Source: Spirochaetia bacterium
GTDB taxonomy: Bacteria > Spirochaetota > Spirochaetia > SZUA-6 > Bin103
NCBI GenBank assembly: GCA_965203905.1
Contig: CBDBDQ010000005.1
Location: 2,688,001-2,752,000 of the forward strand
Length of the DNA: 64,000 nucleotides
Reading direction: 5' to 3'
In this document: positions 28,695 to 38,049 of the stretch, in pieces
How the letters are laid out: each line of letters starts with the position of its first letter
How positions within the stretch are numbered: position 1 is the first letter of the stretch
Translations under genes and position numbers: made by a program
The notes under the pieces: model-generated
Told to the model about the DNA's origin: nothing
The model's input: the letters and a program-made list of their open reading frames with translations, nothing else
Database searches by the model: none

Positions 28695-28758
28695 GACACG
28701 CGAAGCCCGCGCCGGAGCGCGGGCTTCGGAAAGAGGGCAACAATAGGCTGCGTCTCGT
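28695..28758 (-). ncRNA. Candidate small RNA or attenuated leader (~65 nt)
   Basis: Minus strand TTGACA(28792-28787)-N17-TACCTC(28769-28764), a pyrimidine-rich stretch, then a perfect 12 bp hairpin (28701-28728). Confidence 0.35.
28701..28728 (-). terminator. Strong hairpin, probable terminator
   Basis: cgaagcccgcgc-cgga-gcgcgggcttcg; poor U-tract. Confidence 0.55.
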
Positions 28759-28814
28759 AGAAAGAGGTACGTCGGCGCACCGGAACTGTCAACAGCCCGC
28801 AGATACAGGCCGGG

Positions 28815-29012
28815 TTACCCTTCGCGGCGGCGGCGCTGGATCACCACGAAGGTCCCGAGGACCACGGGGAAGGCGACGATCAGCGCTCCCAGGATCAGCA
28901 CGATCGGCGCCGGCCCCAGGCCGAGCACGGCGTCGATGCGCTCCCGGATCCACTGCAGCAGCGTGGGGTCCGCCGGCTCGGAGTGGTGCAGCAGGATCGG
29001 CAGCAGGCGCAC
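28815..29012 (-). CDS. Small single-pass membrane protein
   Basis: 65 aa, one hydrophobic helix followed by QRRRR; 9 bp downstream of the MFS gene; host-like codon use. Confidence 0.65.
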   Translation of the reverse strand: MRLLPILLHHSEPADPTLLQWIRERIDAVLGLGPAPIVLILGALIVAFPVVLGTFVVIQRRRREG

Positions 29013-29021
29013 CAGCGCTCG

Positions 29022-30329
29022 CTACGCGGGCTGCGGCGCAGCCACGTAGCGGCTGGAGTAGCGGCGCTCGCGGATCGACAGGCTCACCACGCCGGCTCCC
29101 AGCAGCGTCGCGGCTCCGAACAGATAGGCCGCGTCGTAGCTGCCGTGGACATCGAACACCAGCCCGAACAGGTACACCGCCAGGGCGCCGCCGAGCTGGT
29201 GGGCGAAGTTGATCAGGCCGGCCAGCGTGCCGAGGTGGCGCACGCCGTAGACGTCGGCCGCCAGCGAGGTGGTCAGCGGCACCGTGGCCAGCCACGAGGC
29301 GCCGCCGACGATGGCGAACGCCCACAGCGCGGCTGGCCCCGGCAGGATCACCAGCAGGATGAACGCCACCCCGCGGACCAGGTACACCACGCCGAGCAGT
29401 GTCTTGCGCGGCAGCCGGTCGGAGAGCGGCCCCACCAGCAGCACGGCGACCGCGTTGAGGCCGCTGAGCAGGCCGAAGGCGAGGGCCGCGGTGGCGGGGG
29501 TGATTCCCTCCGCGGCGGCCCAGCGCACGTAGTGCACGGAGATGGAGGCGGTGGTGACGCCGCACACCCAGTAGGCGGCGGAGAGCTGCCACATCGGTGC
29601 CGAGCGGAAGGCGTCCGGCCAGCGCCGCGCCAGCAGTGGTCCGGTCGCGGTGGCGGTCCGGGCGGCGGCGGCGCTCGCGCCGTCATCTCCGTCGGGGTGC
29701 AGGCCCAGGTCGGCGGGGTCGTCGCGCAGCACCAGGTACAGCAGCGGCACCCCGAGCAGCAGCACCACGGCGCTGGTGATCAGCCAGGCGCTGCGCCAGT
29801 CGGTCCACAGGAACAGGTAGGTCAGGAACGGCACCATCACCAGTCCGCCGATGGAGCCGCCGGAGGTGAGCAGGCTCATGGCGGCACCGCGCTTGCGCCG
29901 GAACCAGCGCACCACGACAGCGCCCGGCGGCCCGCCGGCCAGGCCCGCGGCGGCCAGCGACATCAGCACCCCGTACACCACGATCAGCGCAAACACGCTG
30001 TTGACCGTGGCCATCAGTACCCCCGAGATACCGAGCAGCAGGGCGGCGGCGGTCACCACCTTGCGGCCGCCCACGCGGTCGATGAGCCAGCCCATCAGCA
30101 CTTGGCTGGAGCCGTTGATGAACCAGCCGATCGAGGCGGCCACGGAGATGGTGGCGACGCCAACGCCGAACTCGCGCTGCCACGGCTCGACGAAGATGCC
30201 GAACCCCTGGCGCAGGCCGATGCTGAGGAACATGGCGAAGAACAGCGAGCCCGCCACGTACCAGCCGTAGAACGGCCCGGATGCCGGAGCCGGCGTTGGC
30301 GCCCCGCCCTGACCCGGGCCGCCGGTCAC
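29022..30329 (-). CDS. MFS transporter
   Basis: FYGWYV, GWLIDRVGGRKV, WFRRKRG, GPLSDRLPRK, HQLGGA; GTG start overlaps upstream stop. Confidence 0.9.
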   Translation of the reverse strand: MTGGPGQGGAPTPAPASGPFYGWYVAGSLFFAMFLSIGLRQGFGIFVEPWQREFGVGVATISVAASIGWFINGSSQVLMGWLIDRVGGRKVVTAAALLLGISGVLMATVNSVFALIVVYGVLMSLAAAGLAGGPPGAVVVRWFRRKRGAAMSLLTSGGSIGGLVMVPFLTYLFLWTDWRSAWLITSAVVLLLGVPLLYLVLRDDPADLGLHPDGDDGASAAAARTATATGPLLARRWPDAFRSAPMWQLSAAYWVCGVTTASISVHYVRWAAAEGITPATAALAFGLLSGLNAVAVLLVGPLSDRLPRKTLLGVVYLVRGVAFILLVILPGPAALWAFAIVGGASWLATVPLTTSLAADVYGVRHLGTLAGLINFAHQLGGALAVYLFGLVFDVHGSYDAAYLFGAATLLGAGVVSLSIRERRYSSRYVAAPQPA

Positions 30330-31135
30330 GCCGGCCGTCGCCACAGCAGGGGGTTCTGCGCCTCGTCGTTGAGCAGATCGCCCACCTTCAGCGCCGCGAC
30401 CTGCTCGTCCGAAAGAATGTTCTGCTTGCCATTGAAGGTGCAGCCGTCGGGCATGTAGCCGGCGGTCATGGCGCGCCGCCAGTTGGGCGTCATGTTGGGA
30501 CCCGCACCGTGCGCCAGCAGGCCGTTGTGGAAGCCGGCGTCGCCGGGCTCCATCTCGCCCGCCACCGGCATCACGTCGCGGTACTGCGGAAACTGTTCGA
30601 AGAACAGTCCCATCTCCTGGGAGATGGCGACGTCGTCCCAGGAGCCGATCTTGTGGCTGCCCGGCAGGTAGTACATGCAGCCGTTCTGCAGCGTTGCCGG
30701 ATCGAGGGCGATCCAGATGGAGATGGCGTGGCGCGAGGAGTACGACCACTTGGGGTTGTCCGCGTGCCAGGCGGTGGGATTGGCCCACGGCTGCTTCTGC
30801 AGGGTCTGGTCGTGCCAGAGGCGAATGGCGTCGATCCCCTCCAGCCGGCACAGCATCCGGCCCAGCTCCGGGGCCAGCATGTACTTCTTGACGGTGTCGT
30901 TGATCTTCCACAGGTTGAGGCGCTGCACGAACACCCGGTCATAGTAGGTGTCGCTCTCCTTCCATCTTTCCTGCAGTTCGCCGCCGGCCAGCTTGTAGCG
31001 CCCCAACTGCTCGACCGCCGCTTCGATGCCGGCCAGCAGCTCGTCCCGCTCGGTCAGACTCAGAAACCCGCGCTTCACCACGAACCCGTCGCGCTGATAG
31101 GAGGCAATCTGCTCGTCAGTCAATTCCGTGTTCAT
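30326..31135 (-). CDS. PhyH family Fe(II)/2OG dioxygenase
   Basis: YQRDGFVV, WHAD, SIWIALD, NGCMYYLPGSH, AHGAGPN...RRAM. Confidence 0.9.
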   Translation of the reverse strand: MNTELTDEQIASYQRDGFVVKRGFLSLTERDELLAGIEAAVEQLGRYKLAGGELQERWKESDTYYDRVFVQRLNLWKINDTVKKYMLAPELGRMLCRLEGIDAIRLWHDQTLQKQPWANPTAWHADNPKWSYSSRHAISIWIALDPATLQNGCMYYLPGSHKIGSWDDVAISQEMGLFFEQFPQYRDVMPVAGEMEPGDAGFHNGLLAHGAGPNMTPNWRRAMTAGYMPDGCTFNGKQNILSDEQVAALKVGDLLNDEAQNPLLWRRPA

Positions 31136-31270
31136 CCATCAACTCCCTTGAATCGGACCGTGTCCGCTCGAGGCTCTCCACGTACAACCGCGGACCGCGC
31201 CCTCACGTGGGTAGCTCTCGCCCGGCATTGCCGCCGCCGAGACTGTACCCCCAATCCTCGGCGTGCGTCG

Positions 31271-31738
31271 CTACGCCTTCAGTTGCCGCAAGAGCAGCGG
31301 TGAAATCCGATAGCCGCGCTCGGCCATTCGTTGGACTACTACTTCGGCGCTCTTGATGAGCGATCTCGTCTCGGCCATATGCAGCATACGAGCGGTCCCG
31401 ATGAAATTGACTCCCTGCCGCATTGCCTCGCGCCGCGCCAGCCGGTCGTCCATGATCAACAGGGCCTTGTCGGTTTCGAGTGCCAGTTGTATCGCCTCGA
31501 CTTCCCCGCTTCCAAGGCTCAGAGGAAGCGATCGTCGGGTGGCTACTGATACGACCTCCAGCCATCCCTCGTTCGCGGCTCGTTCGATTCGCCGGCTGTC
31601 AGCTCCCGGCCGCTCTCGGCACTCATGCCAGACCGCCTCAGGAACATGGAGCCGGGAGAAGAGATCTCGTGGAATGAAGAGCGAGTCGACCTTGGCGAGG
31701 GCGATCAGGGGGCCGGCATCGCTTATGACCGTAGCCAC
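31271..31738 (-). CDS. DUF3368 PIN-domain toxin
   Basis: ISDAGPLIAL, VPEAVWHE, LGSGEVEAI, MDDRLARR, GYRIS. Confidence 0.87.
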   Translation of the reverse strand: MATVISDAGPLIALAKVDSLFIPRDLFSRLHVPEAVWHECRERPGADSRRIERAANEGWLEVVSVATRRSLPLSLGSGEVEAIQLALETDKALLIMDDRLARREAMRQGVNFIGTARMLHMAETRSLIKSAEVVVQRMAERGYRISPLLLRQLKA

Positions 31739-32061
31739 GTGGTAACGTCGCCGGTCTCGCTGTCCGTAGTCTCGTCGTGGCGAACGATCTCTATGCCCAG
31801 GCTACCCAGATGCTCGACAAACTCGCTCAAGGAAAGCCCGCTGATTTTCGCGGCCTTGCCGAGTGACACGCCGCCGCCGTTGTAAAGACTTGCCGCTAGG
31901 GCCGGGCGCATGCCGGCTTCGGTTTCAGTCAACGACTTGTCCAGATGCAGCAGCAGGGCGTCCGGTTCGTTCCCCTTCAGGATCAGGACCGGACCTTCCC
32001 TTGCCAGCCGTAGCGCCAGCGATGGGTTCTTCTTCAACTCCCGCACGTTGGTAGTATGCAT
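31723..32061 (-). CDS. UPF0175 antitoxin with Phd/YefM-like N-terminus
   Basis: MHTTNVRELKKNPS...GPVLILKGNEPDALL, then VSLGKAAKISGLSLSEF...LGI; overlaps the toxin start. Confidence 0.85.
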   Translation of the reverse strand: MHTTNVRELKKNPSLALRLAREGPVLILKGNEPDALLLHLDKSLTETEAGMRPALAASLYNGGGVSLGKAAKISGLSLSEFVEHLGSLGIEIVRHDETTDSETGDVTTWLRS

Positions 32062-32267
32062 CGCGCCGCTCCTCCAGGGGTGATCCCGCACAAGTGTAGA
32101 CCACTTGCCGTAGGAACGAAAGGGCCCCCACCCGACAGGTCTGACAGGTCGCTGCGGCATCTCGACCTGTCGGAGGCGGTTCATGGCTCGGCAGGGAAGG
32201 CTGACTGCTGCGTTCCGTGCCGTCCGCCGAAGTCTAGTAAGAGCGTTCTTGCGCAGGAGGTCCCCGT

Positions 32268-33422
32268 ATGATGCCAGCGAACGAGCCCCAACTGGTACCG
32301 ATCCTTCCGGTGGAGGCATACACCTCCCCGGCCTGGTACCACCGTGAGCAGGAGAGGATCTTCTCACGCACCTGGGCGTGCGCGGGATTCAGCGACGACA
32401 TCACCGCGCCGGGGGAGTATCTGTCCGTGCAGGCCGGGCTGAACAATCTCTTCGTCGTGATGGGACGGGATGAACGACTGCGCGCCTTTCACAACATCTG
32501 TCGACACCGGGGCACGCAGTTGATCCGGCCGGCCGGCAAGACCGCTTCGGCCCTGCGCTGTCCCTATCACGACTGGACCTACAACCTGGAGGGCGAGTTG
32601 ATCGGGGTGCCCCGGCGCCGCGAGGAGTTTCCCGACATCGACCCCTCGCGCCTGAGCCTGTTTCCGGCCTCGGTCGGCGTCTGGCGCGGGATGCTGTGGG
32701 TGCATCCGGAACCGGACGCAGCGCCGGTGAACGAGTGGTTCGGTGCCGTCGAGCCGGACCTCGGTCCGCACCGCGTCGATGAGCTGGTGGAGCGGAAGCA
32801 GTTCCGCACCGAACAGATCATCGAGGCCAACTGGAAGGTCGTCGTGGAGAACTTCATCGACGGGTACCATCTCAAGCACCTGCATTCCGGCACGCTGGCG
32901 ATGTACGACCACGACCGCATCGAGTCGCGGTGGCACGGACCGCACTTCACGTTCTGGGAGCCGCTGTCTGCCGATTACGCAAAGGATCCTGCGCGACAGT
33001 CGTCGCTGCCACTCATCGACCACATTCCGCGGGAGCGGCTCGGAGCGTGGGTGCCGATGTTGTTTCCCGGCATCGGGTTGGCGGAGACGGAGAGCACCTG
33101 GTCTCTGTTTCACGTCACGCCGCTGGCGCCCGAACGAACGCGGGTCGTGACGCGCACCAAGGTAGCGGATGTCTCCTCATGGGAGTTCGCGGCCCAGATG
33201 TTGACCTCAGGCTGGCTCTGGTCCAGGCCGCGCGGCAAGTTCGAGGGGGATCCCGCCGAGGATCCGCTGGCGTCAGGTGACTTCATGGCCGAGGACAAGT
33301 ACGCCTGCGAACAGCAGCAGAAGTCCCTGCGTTCGCCATATTTTCGGCCCGGACCGTCGTCATTGCACGGCGAGGCACCGGTGCGGAGGCACCAGCAGAT
33401 CGTCCAGGAATGGCTGACCTGA
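32268..33422 (+). CDS. Rieske non-heme iron oxygenase alpha subunit (choline/carnitine monooxygenase-like group)
   Basis: CRHRG...CPYHDW Rieske motif; ANWKVVVENFIDGYH...H; AED. Confidence 0.9.
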   Translation: MMPANEPQLVPILPVEAYTSPAWYHREQERIFSRTWACAGFSDDITAPGEYLSVQAGLNNLFVVMGRDERLRAFHNICRHRGTQLIRPAGKTASALRCPYHDWTYNLEGELIGVPRRREEFPDIDPSRLSLFPASVGVWRGMLWVHPEPDAAPVNEWFGAVEPDLGPHRVDELVERKQFRTEQIIEANWKVVVENFIDGYHLKHLHSGTLAMYDHDRIESRWHGPHFTFWEPLSADYAKDPARQSSLPLIDHIPRERLGAWVPMLFPGIGLAETESTWSLFHVTPLAPERTRVVTRTKVADVSSWEFAAQMLTSGWLWSRPRGKFEGDPAEDPLASGDFMAEDKYACEQQQKSLRSPYFRPGPSSLHGEAPVRRHQQIVQEWLT

Positions 33423-33468
33423 CAAAGTCCATGGCCACCAGACACCGCTTCCTTGAGCCTGCTACACG

Positions 33469-34884
33469 GTGATGACTGGGGAGAGAGCGCCGCTGAACTG
33501 GGCGATTCGCGAGCAGTGGCTGGAACTGCGTGAGGAGTTGCTGTTCGCGGGGGCGCTCGATGACATTCCCGCCAGATGCGAGCGGGCGCGGAGCCGGCTG
33601 GCCACGGAGTGGCAGGCGGCGGGGGCGGAGCGGCGCGCTCAGATCGCGGAGCTGCTGGGCGAGCTGACCATCGACATGCGCTCCTACCTGCCGCGCTGGC
33701 ACCTGCCGGCGGCGCCGGCCCTGCGTGCCGCCGGCAGGGCCGCCTTCGAAGAGCAGGCGCGCGCAAACGAGGAGCTGTGCCGCAATTGGAGCGATGCCGC
33801 TGCCTACCGGATAGCGCGCGAGTCGGACGCGGTGCAGCGAAGCGGCATGCGCCGCGTCACCGAGCTGACCGACGCCGGCGCGCTGGCGAACCGGTTCGGC
33901 AACGACTCTCCGCACGGGGTCACCGACGCGCTCCGGCGCGGCGCCATCCTGGTGACCACCAACCCGGTCATGGCCAACAACGCGCGTCGGGTAGAGGCGG
34001 CGCATTGGGATCCCGTGCGGGAGCGCCTGCGGCGCGATGGCGAGGCGCGGGACCGTGCGCAGCGGGTGGCGCGGTTCACGTGCGAGCTGGTGCTGAACGT
34101 GGCCCGCGAGCTGAGGCCCATATATCGGTCCAGCGGGCGGCGTTACGGCCACGTCACCTACCAGGTGAACCCGCACCGTTCGGACGCGGCGGACGAGATG
34201 GTCGTGGAGGCCGAGCAGGTGTGGGCCTGGGCGGCGGAGCGTCTCTGTGGCGATCCCAACGTCATGTTCAAGGTCCCGGGCACCGAGGCCGGGCTTGCCG
34301 CCGCTGGGCGCCTCGCAGAGCAGGGGATTCCGCTCACCATTACCGCGAGCTGTTCGGTGGCTCAGCACCTGGCCTTCGGTCGCGTGCTGGAGCAGGGGAG
34401 TGCGCACTGCCTGCTGGTGCAGATGAACGGCCGCCTGGACGAGCCGGTGGCCGAGGATCTCGCGGCGCACGGCATCGCGGACGCCGACGCGGTATCCCGC
34501 TGGGCCAGCACCGCCATCGTCCGCCGCTCCTACCGGTTGCTGCACGACGCCCACCGGTGGCGCAACTCCCATCTGCTGGTGGCGTCGCTGCGCGGGCCTT
34601 GGCACATCGACGACGCGCTGGCGGCAGGGCCGGAGCCGATCTTCATCACCGCCTTCCCTGACAAGGCTGCGGAGTATGATTCCACGCCGCGGCAGCCGAT
34701 GCCGGTCGCACACCAGGAAGTGCCGGGACCGATCCTCGACCTGCTCGCGCGCAGCCAACGGTTTGTCCGCGCCTACGAGCCGGACGGCATGACCGCGTCG
34801 GGATTCCGCGACCATCTCACCGTCGCGCGCACACTGGAGGCGTTTCGCGAAGCATACGACGAACTGGCGGCGTACCTCGCGTAG
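33469..34884 (+). CDS. Transaldolase family protein with long N-terminal extension
   Basis: GNDS, VTTNP, QVNP, MFKVPGTEAG, MNGRLD, LLVASLRG. Confidence 0.8.
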   Translation: MMTGERAPLNWAIREQWLELREELLFAGALDDIPARCERARSRLATEWQAAGAERRAQIAELLGELTIDMRSYLPRWHLPAAPALRAAGRAAFEEQARANEELCRNWSDAAAYRIARESDAVQRSGMRRVTELTDAGALANRFGNDSPHGVTDALRRGAILVTTNPVMANNARRVEAAHWDPVRERLRRDGEARDRAQRVARFTCELVLNVARELRPIYRSSGRRYGHVTYQVNPHRSDAADEMVVEAEQVWAWAAERLCGDPNVMFKVPGTEAGLAAAGRLAEQGIPLTITASCSVAQHLAFGRVLEQGSAHCLLVQMNGRLDEPVAEDLAAHGIADADAVSRWASTAIVRRSYRLLHDAHRWRNSHLLVASLRGPWHIDDALAAGPEPIFITAFPDKAAEYDSTPRQPMPVAHQEVPGPILDLLARSQRFVRAYEPDGMTASGFRDHLTVARTLEAFREAYDELAAYLA

Positions 34885-35153
34885 CGGGGACGCGGCCGCG
34901 CCCCACGCCGGACGCCAGCCCGGAGCCCGTTTCCGCGCAAGAGGACGCGATTCGGTGCCGCGATGGATGAAGCAGATGAAGCAATGGTAAAGGTACTCGT
35001 CACGGCTCGCTCGTGTGCGTGGCGCAAGGGAGGAACGCAGCTCGCTCGGCGCCGAGTGCTATCGTTGTAAGGAGCAGGGTGCCGGCGTAGACGGCGAAAC
35101 CGGCCCCGAGTGCCGGCGTCTGCGGGGTTCGAACAGTGGACAGCCCGATGAAG

Positions 35154-35393
35154 ATGGATGTGCAACAACAAGTCTCGTGTGCAGGCGTGGGGAGCCCAGC
35201 ACCATTGCAGGAACGGGAAGAGGCTCGGGTGCAAGCGGCGCGAGAGGCATTCCGGCAGTTTCACGCCCAGTGTTTCTGGTATCTGCGGGCTGACCTGGAG
35301 ATTACATCTGCGGAGGTGCCCATGATCGCCGATGGGTTGCGCAGGAATGGCGGCCGTGCCGGGTTTCGACTTGCCGCCAGGCTGTGCCGTTAG
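35154..35393 (+). CDS. Small hypothetical protein (putative antitoxin usually preceding AbiEii-like toxins)
   Basis: AREAFRQFHAQCFWYLRADLEIT...GLRRNGG...AARLCR; family link recalled, not verified; start uncertain. Confidence 0.5.
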   Translation: MDVQQQVSCAGVGSPAPLQEREEARVQAAREAFRQFHAQCFWYLRADLEITSAEVPMIADGLRRNGGRAGFRLAARLCR

Positions 35394-35398
35394 AGTAC

Positions 35399-36088
35399 TT
35401 ATCGCGCCAATATGTCCAGACAGGATTTCAGGCGTGGGTCATGATCCGCATATTGTTGCAGCCATTCCGTGATTGTTTTTCCATCGCCAAGTTGCGCTTG
35501 TAGATCCGCGCCATGGTCAATCAGAAAACGCGTCGTCGCCACGTGGCCATGACCGGCGGCACAGTACAGGGGAAAGTGGCCGTGATCCGCAATTGCGTTG
35601 ACGTCGGCTCCACTGCTGACCAGCCGCGTTACGATTTCCAGGTCACCATTCCGGGTGGCATGGTGTAGTGCTGTATCGCCACGGGCATAGCGTTCCTCAA
35701 CAAGAGCCGGGTGATCGCGCAGCATGGCGGTGACGCGACGTACATTGGCCAGGAATACAGCGTTTATGAACTGGCGAGCCAGCTCGCTTGATGGTTCGGC
35801 ATGCGCGTCCAATGCACCGTAGGCAACGAGCAACGATACGACTGCCTTGTTGTCGGGAACTTCCCCGGCATAGTGCATCACGTATCCATCATGCGCGGCC
35901 AAATCCGCGCCGCTGTCAATCAGAAACTTGACGACACTGTAGTGACGCCACAAGCCCGCATGAAAGATCGGACGCCACTCGTGGCAGTCATCCTGGTTGA
36001 CTCGCCACGGTTCCTGTTCGACGATTCTCTTTACTGCGTCGAGGTCGCCGTTCGCGGCCGCATCGTGAATCGAGCCGGGTTCCACCAC
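35399..36088 (-). CDS. Ankyrin repeat protein
   Basis: IHDAAANGDLDAVK, GDTALHHATRNGDLEIV...GADVNA, PLYCAAGHGH...GADL. Confidence 0.92.
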   Translation of the reverse strand: MVEPGSIHDAAANGDLDAVKRIVEQEPWRVNQDDCHEWRPIFHAGLWRHYSVVKFLIDSGADLAAHDGYVMHYAGEVPDNKAVVSLLVAYGALDAHAEPSSELARQFINAVFLANVRRVTAMLRDHPALVEERYARGDTALHHATRNGDLEIVTRLVSSGADVNAIADHGHFPLYCAAGHGHVATTRFLIDHGADLQAQLGDGKTITEWLQQYADHDPRLKSCLDILAR

Positions 36089-36094
36089 GGGCTG

Positions 36095-36886
36095 CTAAGC
36101 GGTGAGGTACTTTCCCGGAATGCGGGTGCCTTCGTACTCGGCGTCGGGGTCGCGCTCGGCGATGACGCGGGGGATATCGCCGTCCCAAGAGTCGGGCACC
36201 GTGAGCGGCGGGCGCCGGTGCCACAGCAACAGCAGGTCGCGCGGCTCGTCGGTCTGGTTCTTGTAGGCGGCGTGCAGGACGCGCGCATCGGCGAGCACCA
36301 GGTCGCGCGGCCCCACCTCCACGTTCACCTGGTCCGGGTGGTCGCTGAACATGATGGGATGGTCCTCTTCGATGAAGCGGGCCCCCTGTTCGTGTGCGGT
36401 CACCAGTTCGTCGTGCAGCGGGATGCGCTTGAGATGGGTGCCCGGGATGATCTTCAGGCACCCGTTCTCGATGCTGGTGCCCTCCAGGTAGTAGGAGACG
36501 AACATGATCTGCGGCCACGGCGTGCAGCTCAGCGGGTCGTTCCACTGCATCCAGTCCTGGTGCCAGTAGAGCGCCGGACCGCGGGCCGGCTTGGTGAGGA
36601 CGAGCAGGCCCTCCCCGGCGGCGAAGTCGCCGAATCCCAGCGCCTCGAGCGCCCGGCGCGCGGGCTGCCACTCCGCGAGCCGGCGCATGATCGGGTTGTC
36701 GGCGTACTTGATGCCGAGGTGGGTACCCTGGTACTTGGTGTCGGGGTGATGCGCCTCGGTGGCGTTGAGGCGGGCGGTCTCTTCCTTCAGTTCGGCGACG
36801 AACGCATCGGTCAGCACGTCGGGAACCACGCAGAATCCATCGCGGAGCATCTGCTCCCGCGTCTGGCGTGCAACTTCAGGGGTCAT
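36095..36886 (-). CDS. PhyH family Fe(II)/2OG dioxygenase
   Basis: RDGFCVV, WHQD, NGCLKIIPGTH, LHAA...R. Confidence 0.88.
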   Translation of the reverse strand: MTPEVARQTREQMLRDGFCVVPDVLTDAFVAELKEETARLNATEAHHPDTKYQGTHLGIKYADNPIMRRLAEWQPARRALEALGFGDFAAGEGLLVLTKPARGPALYWHQDWMQWNDPLSCTPWPQIMFVSYYLEGTSIENGCLKIIPGTHLKRIPLHDELVTAHEQGARFIEEDHPIMFSDHPDQVNVEVGPRDLVLADARVLHAAYKNQTDEPRDLLLLWHRRPPLTVPDSWDGDIPRVIAERDPDAEYEGTRIPGKYLTA

Positions 36887-37023
36887 GCAACGATGATAGG
36901 CACGTTCTCTGCCGCTGTCGACCGCTCCCCCGGCTCCCGGCCGCGCGCGCAACGCGTTTGTCACCGTGGCGTCACCCCGCCATACTGTCGCCCCGGCAGC
37001 AGCGCCGCGAGGGAGGAAGCACG

Positions 37024-38037
37024 GTGAAGGTACTCGTCACGGGAGTTGCCGGTCAGGTGGGATGCCGGCTGGCGCGCCAGTTGCTGGCGCGCAACCACGA
37101 GGTGCGGGGGGCGCTGCTGGCGGACGATCCGCTTGGCGACCGGGTGGCGGGACTGGACCTGGAGCTGGCCCCCGGCGACCTGACCGATGCGGCGTACGTG
37201 ACGCGCCTGGTAGCGGGCGTCGATGCGGTGATCCACACGGCGAACCTGGTCGGCCCCTACTTCGAGCTCAACACGGCGATCAACCTGCAGGTGTCGCGTG
37301 CCTGCGGCGCCCGCGCCGACCGGCTCGAACGCTACGTGTACCTGAGTTCATCGGGCGTGTTCCCCAACAATGGCGAGACCATCCGCTGCGCCTATCACCC
37401 GGTGGACGAGTTGCACCCCAAGCGTCCGGACAACGAGTATTCGCTGTCGAAGTACGTCGGCGAGCTGATGGCCGAACGGGTGGGCCGGGAAACGGGGTTG
37501 CGCTACACCATCGTGCGCCCCTCCCACGTCCTTTCCGACACCAAGATCCTGGGTCAGTTCAGCGTCGCATCGGTGGTGGGCAAGCTGCAGACCAGCCAGG
37601 CCATTCCCGGCACCGAGCTGTACATGGCCGACGGCACGGAGCTCTGGCACGACATCGAGGCGGCTGCCAGCGGCCCCGACCAGCCGTGCAGCATCACCGA
37701 CGGGGAGGGACGGCCGTGGCTGTATCAGCCGCAGGATGCCCGCGACATAGCCCACTGCGCGGTCTGCGCCCTCGAATCCGGCGCCGCGCTCGGGGAGTCG
37801 TTCAACGCCGGCGCCCCGGCCCCGTTCCCCTTCCCCGCGGGCGCCCGGCTGATCGCCGAACATCGCGGCGTGGAGCCGCTGGAGGTCAGAGTCCCCTTCC
37901 AATACCAGTACGATCACTGCATCACCAAGGCGAAGGGCCTGATCGGCTACCGGCCGCGCGGCGACCTCGAGACCATGGTGGCGTCCGCCTTCGCCTGCGA
38001 GGCGGGGGCGACCGACTACACCTGGGATGGCGAATAG
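37024..38037 (+). CDS. NAD-dependent epimerase/dehydratase (extended SDR)
   Basis: VLVTGVAGQVG, YLSS, YSLSK; SD GGAGG before GTG 37024. Confidence 0.88.
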   Translation: MKVLVTGVAGQVGCRLARQLLARNHEVRGALLADDPLGDRVAGLDLELAPGDLTDAAYVTRLVAGVDAVIHTANLVGPYFELNTAINLQVSRACGARADRLERYVYLSSSGVFPNNGETIRCAYHPVDELHPKRPDNEYSLSKYVGELMAERVGRETGLRYTIVRPSHVLSDTKILGQFSVASVVGKLQTSQAIPGTELYMADGTELWHDIEAAASGPDQPCSITDGEGRPWLYQPQDARDIAHCAVCALESGAALGESFNAGAPAPFPFPAGARLIAEHRGVEPLEVRVPFQYQYDHCITKAKGLIGYRPRGDLETMVASAFACEAGATDYTWDGE

Positions 38038-38049
38038 CGGACCCGCTGG

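Noticed and set aside
29022-30911. 629 aa MFS with long N-terminus (likewise 573 aa NudC and 494 aa isomerase)
   Set aside because: The extensions overlap neighbouring real genes in another frame; internal starts have SD or stop-start overlap.
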